From positions 15,990-79,989 of the forward strand of contig JAFGRB010000013.1 in the NCBI GenBank assembly GCA_016935365.1: a stretch of DNA of 64,000 nucleotides. Direction: 5' to 3'. This stretch comes from Deltaproteobacteria bacterium (lineage in GTDB: Bacteria; Myxococcota; B64-G9). Of this stretch, positions 9,009 to 17,950 are shown piece by piece (the first letter of the stretch is position 1; every line of letters begins with the position of its first letter). Made by a program: the position numbers and the translations under genes. Under the pieces are notes generated by a model. That model was not told where the DNA came from, made no database searches, and was given only the letters and a program-made list of their open reading frames with translations.

Positions 9009-10064
9009 CTAGGGCGCCAAGCGCGCCAGGGCATCGTCGGCGATGGCCATCCGGGCCACCTGGGACGAGTGGCCGGCCAGGGTGCCGAAGCGCGCCTCGA
9101 GCAGCGCTCGGGCCACCGGCTCGTCTCGCCGGTAGCCGGCCGAGGCCAGGATGGAAAGCGCAGAGTCCGAGAGCCGGCAGGCGGCCTCGGTGGCGAAGAC
9201 CTTGGCGCACAGGGCGAGCGAGCGATCCGAGCTCTCGGCTGCCGCGCGCCGGGCCAGAAGCTCGGCCGTCTGGAGCAAGGTCAGCATCTCGGCGAGCTGG
9301 AATCGGACGACCTGATAGCCGGCCGGCGGCTTGCCGGCCTGCCTGGGCGCGTCAGCCGCCTGCCGGGCCCGGTCCAGGCTCAGCTTGCAGATGCCCACGG
9401 CGATGGCCGTCACCGCCCGGTCCTCGGCCCAGCGCAGCGCCTCGCGCGGATCGTCGGGAGCCTCGATCACCCGCTCGCGGCCGACCGCCACGCTCTCGAA
9501 GGCGACCGGGCAGGTGCCGAGCGCCTGGAAGCCGAGCGTGTCGATCGGCTCGCCGATCCGGACCCCGTCCGCAGCAGGCTCGACCAGCAGGATGGCGCTG
9601 CCCTCGGGCGTGTCCGCGAGCACGGCCAGCAGGTCGCAGGCCCGGGCCAGCGAGACTTGATCCTTGCGACCGCTGAGCCGGAAGCCATCTCCGTCCGGCT
9701 CGGCCAGGGTTCCGAGCTCGCCTCGCAGGGTGTTCCGGTCCCGCTCGCTGAAGGCTGCTGCCGCGATCGACTGGCCGGACTTCAGGGCTGCGCTTATCGT
9801 CTCCGGTCCACGCTCGGCGACGAGCCCCGAGACCAGGCGATCCAGCTCGGCCGCGAGCACGAGCTGGGGCATGCGCCTGGCGAGCGCGACCCGGGCTTCC
9901 CACATGGCGAGCGAGCCGAAGCCCTCCTGCGAGCCGAGCTCTCTCTCCAGGTAGCCCGCCTGGCCGAGGGCGGCAAAGCAAGCCCGGATCGGCTCCTCCG
10001 GCAGATCCAGCCCCTCGATCCGCTCTGCCAGCTCCTTCTGCGCCTCGCTCAGCTCGAAGTCCAT
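9009..10064 (-). CDS. acyl-CoA dehydrogenase family protein
   Basis: 351 aa, N-terminal MDFELSEAQKELAERIEGL, helical C-terminal ACAD-like region. It is paired with the downstream ACAD. Confidence 0.7.
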   Translation of the reverse strand: MDFELSEAQKELAERIEGLDLPEEPIRACFAALGQAGYLERELGSQEGFGSLAMWEARVALARRMPQLVLAAELDRLVSGLVAERGPETISAALKSGQSIAAAAFSERDRNTLRGELGTLAEPDGDGFRLSGRKDQVSLARACDLLAVLADTPEGSAILLVEPAADGVRIGEPIDTLGFQALGTCPVAFESVAVGRERVIEAPDDPREALRWAEDRAVTAIAVGICKLSLDRARQAADAPRQAGKPPAGYQVVRFQLAEMLTLLQTAELLARRAAAESSDRSLALCAKVFATEAACRLSDSALSILASAGYRRDEPVARALLEARFGTLAGHSSQVARMAIADDALARLAP

Positions 10065-10073
10065 CGGATGCCC

Positions 10074-11216
10074 CTACATGAGCTTGGAGATGATCAGCTT
10101 CTGGATCTCGGAGGTCCCGCCGCCGATGGCCGCCAGCCGGCCGTCCCGAAAGAGCCTCTCCATCTCGTACTCGTGGCAGTAACCATAGCCGCCCATGAGC
10201 GTCAAGGCCGCGTTGGCCGGCTCCAGCGACCAGTCCCCCACGAAGAGCTTGGCCACGGCCGCCTCGAGGTGGTTGAGCGGGCGGCCCTGGTCCTTGCACC
10301 AGGCGATCCGGTAGACCAGCCCGCGGGCCGCCTCGAGGAAGATCCGGATCTCGGCCAGCTTGGCCTTGACCGCCTGGTACTCGCAGATGGGCTTGCCGAA
10401 CTGGACGCGCTCCTTTGCATAGCGGGTGCAGCGCTCGAGCCCGTACTGCATGGCGCCGATGAACGGCGCGATCAGGGTCGAGCGGTCCCACTCGACCGAC
10501 TGCATGGCCATCAAGAAGCCCGCCCCCTCCTGGCCGAGCAGGTTCTCGGTCGGGATCTCGCAGTCGTCGAAGAAGAGCTCGGAGGTCTGCGAGGAGCGCA
10601 CGCCCATCTTGTGCAGCGGTGCGCCGGCGGAGAAGCCCGGTCTGTCCGTCTCGACGATGAAGGCCGAGATGCCCGCGTGGCCGAGCGATCGATCCACGGT
10701 CGCGTAGACCACGGCCACGTCGGCCACGGGTCCGTTGGTGATGAAGATCTTGGAGCCGTTCAGCACGTAGGTGTCGCCGCGCCTCTCGGCCCGGGTGCGC
10801 ATGGCGGCCACGTCCGAGCCCGCGCCGGGCTCGGTCAGGCCCAGGCAGCCGATCCACTCGCCGGTGATCAGCCTGGGCAGGTAGCGCCGCCTCTGCGCCT
10901 CGGTCCCGTGGGCGTAGATCGTATCCGCGCACAGGAAGGTGTGCGCCCCATAGGCCAGCAGCAACCCCCCGTCCACCCCGGCCTCGCCCAGGGCCTCTCC
11001 CGTGAGCACCGTGCTCAGCACGTCACCGCCCGCGCCCCCGAGCTCCTCCGGGAAATGCAAGCCCAGGATACCGAGCTCGCCCATTCGCCGGAAGGACTGG
11101 AAGTCGAACTCGCCCTTCAGGTCATGCTCCTGGCAGCGCGGAGCGATCTCCTTGCGGGCGAAGTGGAGCACCTGCCGCTTGAAGGCCCGCTGCTCCTCGG
11201 TGAAGGTGAAGTCCAT
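10074..11216 (-). CDS. acyl-CoA dehydrogenase (isovaleryl-CoA dehydrogenase-like)
   Basis: 380-aa ACAD with N-terminus MDFTFTEEQRAFKRQV and motif GLTEPGAGSDVAAMRTRAERRGDTYVLNGSKIFITNG. A C-terminal catalytic Glu region is present. Confidence 0.85.
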   Translation of the reverse strand: MDFTFTEEQRAFKRQVLHFARKEIAPRCQEHDLKGEFDFQSFRRMGELGILGLHFPEELGGAGGDVLSTVLTGEALGEAGVDGGLLLAYGAHTFLCADTIYAHGTEAQRRRYLPRLITGEWIGCLGLTEPGAGSDVAAMRTRAERRGDTYVLNGSKIFITNGPVADVAVVYATVDRSLGHAGISAFIVETDRPGFSAGAPLHKMGVRSSQTSELFFDDCEIPTENLLGQEGAGFLMAMQSVEWDRSTLIAPFIGAMQYGLERCTRYAKERVQFGKPICEYQAVKAKLAEIRIFLEAARGLVYRIAWCKDQGRPLNHLEAAVAKLFVGDWSLEPANAALTLMGGYGYCHEYEMERLFRDGRLAAIGGGTSEIQKLIISKLM

Positions 11217-11294
11217 GCCGCCCTCGCTTGCACGTGGTCTGCGAGGGTAGTACGAAGTCCCGCCCCGAGTCCAGGCTTGACAGGCAAGCTGCGG

Positions 11295-11684
11295 CTAAGG
11301 ACCCTGTCCTCGAATCACCTGGACCGAGACGCCGATGGCCAGAGACTTCCAGCTCCGATCCGCGGTCAAGGCCGGGATTTTGCGGGCGAGCGCCAGGGCC
11401 AGACAGGCCCGGTCGCCGAGCGAGAGCCCGAGCGGCTGCGTGGCGGGCAGCAGCGACGCGGCCCGGGCGGCATCCGACTCGAAGAAGGGCACGATCTCGA
11501 TCGAAGTCGCCGCGATTCGCGATCGCACCTGCTCGCCAGGGTGCCCATCGCGCACGAAACGACCGATCACCTCGGAGAGGTTGACCGCAGAAAGACAGCA
11601 ACGCTCGATGTGGGCACGCACGCGCTCGTGCCCCTCCTCGCGAAAGAGGAACGCGAGCAGCGCCGAGGCGTCCAGGGCGATCAT
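11295..11684 (-). CDS. vapC: PIN-domain toxin of a type II toxin-antitoxin pair
   Basis: 129-aa PIN domain (MIALDASALLAFL...). It overlaps the upstream antitoxin gene by 4 nt (ATGA). Confidence 0.85.
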   Translation of the reverse strand: MIALDASALLAFLFREEGHERVRAHIERCCLSAVNLSEVIGRFVRDGHPGEQVRSRIAATSIEIVPFFESDAARAASLLPATQPLGLSLGDRACLALALARKIPALTADRSWKSLAIGVSVQVIRGQGP

Positions 11685-11929
11685 TCGCTCGAGGCCTCGC
11701 GGCGACGATCGGCGATGAGCGCATCGACTACATCGGAGGGCTTGCTCTCTCCGTAGAGCTCATCCACCCAGTCCTGGAGATCGCCTATCGATGCCGCCGG
11801 CTCCTCCATGCAGGCCGCGGTCAGGATCGCCCGGGCCTCGGCCTCCATGCTGCGTCGCGCCTTGGCCGCTCGAATTCGAAGCCGCGCGTGGATTTCGTCC
11901 GGAAGGTTGCGAATATTGAGGACGGCCAT
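11681..11929 (-). CDS. vapB: ribbon-helix-helix (FitA/StbC-like) antitoxin
   Basis: MAVLNIRNLPDEIHARLRIRAAKARRSMEAEARAIL is a FitA-like RHH fold. Start set at the second ATG (11929), which has AAGGAG 6 nt upstream. The track ORF begins at 11962. Confidence 0.7.
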   Translation of the reverse strand: MAVLNIRNLPDEIHARLRIRAAKARRSMEAEARAILTAACMEEPAASIGDLQDWVDELYGESKPSDVVDALIADRRREASSE

Positions 11930-11962
11930 CATCGACTCCTTCATCTCGAGCTCATTCGTCAT

Positions 11963-11979
11963 ATTGCATTGTATGCAAT
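11963..11979. promoter_or_regulatory. perfect inverted repeat ATTGCAT-TGT-ATGCAAT upstream of vapB; candidate VapB autoregulatory operator
   Basis: Seen directly in the sequence. It is AT-rich, sits in a low-GC stretch and lies about 35 nt upstream of the vapB start. Confidence 0.45.
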
Positions 11980-12099
11980 GAAGACACTGTTGTCAACGCT
12001 GTCATTTTAGTAAGGCCAATTCCTTCCAATGGCTGGGCGCCGGCGCGGGCTATCCCTTATAGATGAAGTAGATGGCGACCGCGATTCCAGAGTACGCGC

Positions 12100-13428
12100 T
12101 CACCTCAGATCGTACTTCTTCATCTTGTCCAGCAGCGTCACCCGGCTTACGCCCAGGCGGCGGGCGGCCTCGGAGCGGTTCTGGCCGCAGCGGGCGAGCT
12201 CGTTTGCGATCAGGCCGCGCTCGAAGGCGGCCACCCGGCTCTTGAGGCTCAGGCCTTCGGGTGCTGCGCCCTGGACCGGCTCGCCGAGGCCCAGCTCGTC
12301 GATGTGCCCGCCGGAAGACAGGGCCACCATGCGCTCGATGCGGTGCTCGAGCTCGCGCACGTTTCCGGGGTAGGCGGCGGTCAGGATCTTCGAGCGAATC
12401 TCCTTCGTGAGCTGGATCGGTCCGGTACCGAAGCGCTCGGCGTACTTTCGAAGGAAGTGATCGCAGAGCGGCTCGACGTCGTCGATCCGCTCGGCGAGCG
12501 GCGGGATGTGCATGCGCACCACGTCCAGGCGGTAGAGGAGATCCTCTCGGAAGCGGCCCGCGGCGACCTCTTGCTCGAGATCGCGGTTGGTGGCCGCCAG
12601 CACCCTCACGTCCACCTCACGCTCCTGCGCTTCGCCCACGGGCCGTAGCGCGCCCTGCTGCAGCACGCGCAGCAGCTTGGCCTGCAAGCCGGCGCCGAGC
12701 TCGCCCACCTCGTCGAGCAGGATCGTGCCGCTGTCCGCCTCGCGGAACAGGCCCGGCCGGGCTGTGGTCGCCCCGGTGAAGGCGCCCCGGCTGTGGCCGA
12801 ATAGCTCGGCCTCGGCGAGCTCGCCCGGCACGGCCGCGCAGTTGAAGCGCACGAAGGGCCGGTCGCGCCGGGTCGATCCGTCCACGATCGCCTCGGCCAG
12901 CAGCTCCTTGCCCGTGCCCGAGGGGCCGGTGATCATCACGGTCACGTCCCGGGGCGCGACCCGGTGCACCATGAGCGCGAGCTTTCGCATGGCGTCGGAT
13001 GCGAAGACCATGTGCCGGGCCAGGTGCAGCTCGGCTCTCAGGGCCTCGCACTCCTGATCGAGCCGCACCCATTGGACCGCGCGCTCGATGACCCGCATGA
13101 CCGCGTCGATGTCGAAGGGCTTTGCGAAGTAATCGTAGGCGCCGAGCTTCATGGCCTCGACCGCGTGGCGCTCGGAACCGTGGGCCGTGATCATGATGAC
13201 CTCGGGCGAGTCGGACCCGGCCCGGATCCGCTCCAGCAAGCCCATGCCATCGATGCCCGGCATGGCCAGGTCGCAGATCACGAGGTGGGCCGTGTTGGCC
13301 TCCAGCCAGGCCAGGGCCTGCTCGCCGCTTTCCGCCTCGGCCACCTCCATGTCCCCGTCCTCGAGGATCTCGCGCAGGGTGTAGCGCACCCCCGCGTCAT
13401 CGTCCACGACCAGGACCCGCGGCCTCAT
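12100..13428 (-). CDS. sigma-54-dependent Fis-family response regulator (NtrC type)
   Basis: Receiver domain (VLVVDDD...D54-like), AAA+ sigma-54 activator domain (GPSGTGKELLAEAI, GAFTGA, ELFGH) and a C-terminal HTH. Confidence 0.9.
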   Translation of the reverse strand: MRPRVLVVDDDAGVRYTLREILEDGDMEVAEAESGEQALAWLEANTAHLVICDLAMPGIDGMGLLERIRAGSDSPEVIMITAHGSERHAVEAMKLGAYDYFAKPFDIDAVMRVIERAVQWVRLDQECEALRAELHLARHMVFASDAMRKLALMVHRVAPRDVTVMITGPSGTGKELLAEAIVDGSTRRDRPFVRFNCAAVPGELAEAELFGHSRGAFTGATTARPGLFREADSGTILLDEVGELGAGLQAKLLRVLQQGALRPVGEAQEREVDVRVLAATNRDLEQEVAAGRFREDLLYRLDVVRMHIPPLAERIDDVEPLCDHFLRKYAERFGTGPIQLTKEIRSKILTAAYPGNVRELEHRIERMVALSSGGHIDELGLGEPVQGAAPEGLSLKSRVAAFERGLIANELARCGQNRSEAARRLGVSRVTLLDKMKKYDLR

Positions 13429-14762
13429 GTCCCCTCCTCAGGCAGAGCGGCAGGGCTCGGCCGGGCGGGCAGCGAGAGGCTGGCCACACAGCCACCCGAG
13501 GCGCCGGAGTCGATCTCCACGCAGCCGCCGTGCTGCTCGGCGATCGATCGGGCCACCACCAGGCCGATCCCGGTGCCGTGCTCCTTGGTCGTGAAGCCCG
13601 GCTCGAAGAGGTGCTCGCTCAGCTCTTCGCTCAGTCCCGGACCAGCGTCCTGGATCTCGATCCGCACGCCCTCCCCGCGCCAGGCTCCCGCCCGGAGCGT
13701 CACCGTCCCGCCAGGTGGGCTCGCCTCGAGCGCGTTCTGCAACAGGTTGACCAGGGCCTGCTTGACCTTGTGCGGATCGCACTCGATCTCCATGGGCTCC
13801 GAGACCGTCTCCAGCGCCAGGCCCCTGCTGCCCGCCAAGCCCTCGTGCAGGGCCACCACCTCGCGCAGCAGCCCGCACAGATCGCAGCGCTCCACACCGA
13901 GGGCGGTGAACGGCCGGGTGAAGTCGCGAAAGCCGTCCAGCACCTCCCGCATGCGCGCGATCTCGCGCTGCATCACCTCCAGGCGCTCGGAGGGCTTGCC
14001 CGGCTCGGCCGAGCGCGCCAGCAGCTGCGCCAGGCCCTGGATGGAGGCCAGGGGGTTCTTGAGCTCGTGGGCGATGGTGCGCGAGACCGACTGCAGCTCG
14101 CGGTTCCGGCTGGCGAGCGATTCCAGGCTCTCCTGCCTGGCCGCCAGGCCCTCGCGAACCTGCTGCTCGATGGCCCGGCGTACCAGGCTCGCGATCTTGG
14201 AGGTCATGATGAGAATGAAGACGAGAAAGCCGGCCGTGCCCCAGACGAGAACGGGCATGGTCACGAGCGCCGATCCAAGCTCGAAGAAGGCGGGCAGGCT
14301 GTAGGGGACCCAGCCATAGAGCGCGCTGCCGGCCAGCAGCACGGCGATGCAGGCAGGTACCGCGATCACCAAGAGCACTTGCCGGTAGCTCTGGACGAGC
14401 ATACCGGACGCCAGGGCCATCGGGATGAAGATGACGATCAGCGGGCTCATGATGCCGCCGGTGATGTAGACCATCGCGCCCTGCACCAGGAACATCAAGA
14501 CCAGGTTGATCACCACCGTCACGCTGCTCACCTCGCGCAGCGCCTTGACCCGGCGGTACTCGAACACGGACAGCACGCCCAGGCAGACGAGGACCGCCCC
14601 GATCCAGATGAGCTTCCAGGGCGCGGGGTCCCAGATGGCGAAGACCGGCAGGGCCAGGAGCATGACCGCAGGCGCAATCCAGATCCGGAACTTGAAGAGC
14701 TTGACGATCAACCGGTCGGCTGCGAAACGCCAGCGATCGCTTCCCGATCCTGTACCATCCAC
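13425..14762 (-). CDS. membrane sensor histidine kinase, cognate of the NtrC-type regulator
   Basis: Multi-TM N-terminus, HisKA motif IAHELKNPL, and HATPase_c motifs (N, G1 DAGPGL, G2 GTGIGL). Its stop overlaps the regulator start (ATGA). The start is uncertain: GTG 14762 is chosen because 14762-14894 is low-GC and looks non-coding; alternatives are 14813 and 14894. Confidence 0.8.
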   Translation of the reverse strand: MDGTGSGSDRWRFAADRLIVKLFKFRIWIAPAVMLLALPVFAIWDPAPWKLIWIGAVLVCLGVLSVFEYRRVKALREVSSVTVVINLVLMFLVQGAMVYITGGIMSPLIVIFIPMALASGMLVQSYRQVLLVIAVPACIAVLLAGSALYGWVPYSLPAFFELGSALVTMPVLVWGTAGFLVFILIMTSKIASLVRRAIEQQVREGLAARQESLESLASRNRELQSVSRTIAHELKNPLASIQGLAQLLARSAEPGKPSERLEVMQREIARMREVLDGFRDFTRPFTALGVERCDLCGLLREVVALHEGLAGSRGLALETVSEPMEIECDPHKVKQALVNLLQNALEASPPGGTVTLRAGAWRGEGVRIEIQDAGPGLSEELSEHLFEPGFTTKEHGTGIGLVVARSIAEQHGGCVEIDSGASGGCVASLSLPARPSPAALPEEGT

Positions 14763-14947
14763 GGTCTTTTTGCCTGCGCTTTCCCGACAAATGTGTCGGA
14801 TCTCTGTACACATCGAGAAGTGAAAAAACGCACAAGGAGCCTGAGCTCCTGCCAAGCAAGTCCGCAAGATATCACACCCACTCGCAAAAACCACTCCCGG
14901 CAGCCCGGAGGAGACGCAAATCCCGTGCCTCTTGCCTGTTGCATGCC

Positions 14948-14963
14948 TGGCACGAAGAGTGCT
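14948..14963 (+). promoter_or_regulatory. candidate sigma-54 (-24/-12) promoter TGGCACG-N4-GTGCT for the HlyD/ABC operon
   Basis: TGGCACGAAGAGTGCT matches the consensus TGGCACG-N4-TTGCW with the GG and GC correctly spaced. It lies 33 nt upstream of ATG 14996 and is divergent from the NtrC-type two-component operon. Confidence 0.5.
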
Positions 14964-14995
14964 AACCCATTTCCTTGCACGAGCGAGGGAGGCCC

Positions 14996-16066
14996 ATGAA
15001 ACGGATCATCGTCATCGCCGTCGTCCTAGCCGGCGGTCTGGCCGCAGCGCTCTACTTCCGGATCGAGCAGCTCGACGCCGCCCAGTTCGCCCCGGCCGGC
15101 GGATCGGGCATCGTCGAGGCGGTCGAGGTGGACCTGACCGCCCGCATCCCGGGCCGGATCGCCCGGATTGCGGTCGACGAGGGCGATGCGGTCGAGGTGG
15201 GCAAGGTGCTCGTCGAGCTCGACTGCGCCGAGCCCCTGGCCGCCCTTAGCCAGGCCAAGGCTGGCTTGTCAGCGGCCGAGGCGGCAGTCGAGGCCGCCCG
15301 GGCAGGGGTCGAGGCCGCGTCGAAGAACAGCCGGGCCGCCTCGAGCTCGATCCAGGCCGCCAGCTCCCAGGTCCAGTCCGTGGAGGTAGGTCTGCTCAAC
15401 GCCATCAAGGAGGCCGAGCGGATCAAGTCGATGAACGCGGCGGGCGCCATCAGCGATGCGCGCCTGGATCAGATCCAGACCCAGGTGGCCAACCTGCGCC
15501 ACCAGATCTCCGCCCTGGAGGCCAACACCCAGGCGGTCAAGGCGCGAGCTTCGGCCGCCAGGGGCTCTGAGCTCGTGGCCCGGGCCAAGGTCCTGGCTGC
15601 CGAGGCCCAGGTGGAGGTGGCCCGGGCAGCGGTGCGGCGGGCCGAGGCCGTGGAGGCCGAGTGCCGGCTCGCCTCGCCCCGCAGCGGTGTGGTGCTCTCG
15701 CGCAACTACGAGCCCGGAGAGGCCGTGCTGCCCGGCGCGAGGCTGCTGACCATCGCGGACCTCGGCGAGGTCCGGGCGACTTTCTTCCTGCCCAACGCCG
15801 AGCTCTCGGCCGCTGCGCCCGGCCGGGAGGTCACGGTGCGGGCGGATGCCTACCCGGACAAGACCTTCCACGGCGTCATCCGGCATGTCTCGGCCAAGGC
15901 GGAGTTCACCCCGCGCAACGTCCAGACCCGAGAGGACCGCGATCGGCTCGTCTTCGCGGTCGAGATAAGCGTGCCCAACCCCCAGGGCGAGCTGCGCCCG
16001 GGCATGCCGATCGAGGTCTCCATCGACGGGACGGAGCGCACGGACGAGGCGCCGGAAGACCGATGA
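14996..16066 (+). CDS. HlyD-family membrane fusion (periplasmic adaptor) protein
   Basis: N-terminal TM segment (IIVIAVVLAGGLAAAL), a long coiled-coil, and C-terminal beta-barrel motifs. RBS GAGGGAGG precedes the start. Confidence 0.8.
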   Translation: MKRIIVIAVVLAGGLAAALYFRIEQLDAAQFAPAGGSGIVEAVEVDLTARIPGRIARIAVDEGDAVEVGKVLVELDCAEPLAALSQAKAGLSAAEAAVEAARAGVEAASKNSRAASSSIQAASSQVQSVEVGLLNAIKEAERIKSMNAAGAISDARLDQIQTQVANLRHQISALEANTQAVKARASAARGSELVARAKVLAAEAQVEVARAAVRRAEAVEAECRLASPRSGVVLSRNYEPGEAVLPGARLLTIADLGEVRATFFLPNAELSAAAPGREVTVRADAYPDKTFHGVIRHVSAKAEFTPRNVQTREDRDRLVFAVEISVPNPQGELRPGMPIEVSIDGTERTDEAPEDR

Positions 16067-17010
16067 GCCAGGCCGATGACCAGACCTCGATGCTGATCCT
16101 CGAGTCCGTCGAGCGGCGCTTTGATGAGGTCCAGGCCTTGCGGGGCGTGAGCCTGGCCGTCCTTCCGGGCGAGCTCTACGGGCTGGTCGGCCCGGACGGC
16201 GCGGGCAAGACGACATCCATCCGCCTGCTGGCCGGGCTCATGGCCCCGACGGCCGGCCGGGTGCTCGTGGGCGGGCACGACCCGCTCATCGAACGGCGCC
16301 GCGTGCGCGGCGTGACCGGTTACATGCCCCAGGCATACAGCCTGTACGGAGACCTGAGCGTCGAGGAGAACCTGCACTTCTTCGCCCGCATGTTCGGCCT
16401 CGACCGCCAGACCTATCTCGAGCGGCGCAAGCGACTGCTCGGCATCACGCGCCTGGCGCCTTTCACCTCGCGCCGAGCCGACGCACTCTCGGGCGGCATG
16501 TACAAGAAGCTCGCCCTGGCCTGCGCCCTGCTCCATCGCCCCGGGGCCCTGCTGCTCGACGAGCCCACCAACGGTGTGGATCCGGTCAGTCGGCGCGAGC
16601 TCTGGGATCTGCTCGGCGAGTTCGTCTCCGAGGGCATGAGCGTGCTGGTCTCCACGCCCTACATGGACGAGGCGTCCCGCTGCCACCGGGTGGGCCTGAT
16701 CCATGCCGGGCGCCTGCTCATCCAGGGAGAGCCCGCGGAGATGCTCACCCGCTTCGAGCACGAGGTCTACTCCTTGTCGGGCGGCGAGCGCGCCCAGGTC
16801 GAGTCCCGGCTGCGCGCCTGCCCGCAGGTGCTGGCCTTCTCGCCGGCCGGAGAGCTGCTGCGTGCCGTGGTTCGCAGCGGAGAGCGCGCTGCGCTCGCAG
16901 CCCGGCTCGAGGGCAGCGGCGCGCGCCTCGGCGCGATCCGACCCGACTTCGAGGACGTCTTCCTGGCCCGGATCCGACTTGCGCGCGAGCAGGAGCAGGC
17001 AGATGCCTGA
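16063..17010 (+). CDS. ABC transporter ATP-binding protein
   Basis: Walker A GPDGAGKTT, signature LSGGMYKKLA and Walker B LLLDEPT. Start ATG 16063 overlaps the HlyD stop. Confidence 0.85.
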   Translation: MSQADDQTSMLILESVERRFDEVQALRGVSLAVLPGELYGLVGPDGAGKTTSIRLLAGLMAPTAGRVLVGGHDPLIERRRVRGVTGYMPQAYSLYGDLSVEENLHFFARMFGLDRQTYLERRKRLLGITRLAPFTSRRADALSGGMYKKLALACALLHRPGALLLDEPTNGVDPVSRRELWDLLGEFVSEGMSVLVSTPYMDEASRCHRVGLIHAGRLLIQGEPAEMLTRFEHEVYSLSGGERAQVESRLRACPQVLAFSPAGELLRAVVRSGERAALAARLEGSGARLGAIRPDFEDVFLARIRLAREQEQADA

Positions 17011-17950
17011 GCCGGTCTCCATCCGGGCCCAGGAGCTCTCGCGCCGCTTCGGCGACTTCGTCGCCGTGGACCGGGTCAGCTTCGAGGTCCACCCCGGCGA
17101 GATCTTCGGCTACCTGGGTGCCAACGGAGCGGGCAAGTCCACCACCATCCGCATGCTCTGCGGCCTGCTGGTGCCGAGCGACGGCAGGGCATGGGTGGCC
17201 GGCGTGGACGTGGCGGCCGATCCCGAGCGCGTCAAGCACAGCATCGGCTACATGTCCCAGAAGTTCTCGCTCTACATGGATCTGCAGGTGGGCGAGAACC
17301 TGGAGTTCTTCGGAGGAGCCTTCGGGCTGCGCCGGGCTGCGGTGAGAAAGCGCTCCGCCGAGCTGCTCGAGCGGATCGGCCTGAGCGAGCACCGGCACGA
17401 CCTGACCGGCTCGCTGCCGGGCGGCTGGCGCCAGCGCCTGGCGCTGGCCTGCGCCATGCTGCACGGGCCGAGAATCCTCTTTCTCGACGAGCCCACGGCG
17501 GGCGTGGATCCCGACTCCCGACGCGACTTCTGGCGATTGATCCGGGAGCTGGCATCGAGCGGGACCACGGTCTTCGTGACCACCCACTACATGGACGAGG
17601 CCGAGTACTGCGAGCGGGTCGGGCTGATGGTCGACGGGCGCCTGGCCGCGCTGGACACGCCCGGGCAGCTCAAGCAGGACTTCGTGCCCGGCAGGATCTA
17701 CCAGGTCGGCCGCGCCGAGCGCGCTCGCGTGCTCGCGCTCGACAGGCTCGCGGGCGTGGTCGACGTGGAGCCCTTCGGAGCCGGATTCCACGTGCGCGTT
17801 TCGCAAGACGGACCGGACGCCAGGGCCATCACTGCCCATCTGCGGGGCGCGGGCCAGGCCGAGGTCTCGGTCGAGGCGGTGGCCACCTCCCTGGAGGACG
17901 TCTTCTTGAAGCTGGCCGGCCCGTCCATTGCCGGGGAGGCAGGGGCATGA
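17003..17950 (+). CDS. ABC transporter ATP-binding protein (second ATPase)
   Basis: Walker A GANGAGKST, signature LPGGWRQRLA and Walker B LFLDEPT. The start overlaps the preceding stop. Confidence 0.85.
   Translation: MPEPVSIRAQELSRRFGDFVAVDRVSFEVHPGEIFGYLGANGAGKSTTIRMLCGLLVPSDGRAWVAGVDVAADPERVKHSIGYMSQKFSLYMDLQVGENLEFFGGAFGLRRAAVRKRSAELLERIGLSEHRHDLTGSLPGGWRQRLALACAMLHGPRILFLDEPTAGVDPDSRRDFWRLIRELASSGTTVFVTTHYMDEAEYCERVGLMVDGRLAALDTPGQLKQDFVPGRIYQVGRAERARVLALDRLAGVVDVEPFGAGFHVRVSQDGPDARAITAHLRGAGQAEVSVEAVATSLEDVFLKLAGPSIAGEAGA

Noticed and set aside
11216-11295. Hairpin CCCTCGC-N13-GCGAGGG as a terminator after vapC
   Set aside because: There is no U-run on the vapC (minus) strand. It overlaps the RBS and start of the downstream ACAD gene, so at most it is a translational-control structure, which is not supportable from sequence alone.
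7242-11756. 1504-aa plus-strand ORF spanning the MCC-beta, ACAD and vapC region
   Set aside because: It is antisense to four well-supported minus-strand genes. Its composition is Arg/Gly/Ala/Pro-dominated and it has no motifs, typical of open antisense frames in 70% GC DNA.
13700-13897. Several 60-110-aa ORFs nested in the histidine kinase and response regulator genes
   Set aside because: They are nested in alternative frames of genes with strong domain evidence and show a GC-rich frame composition bias.
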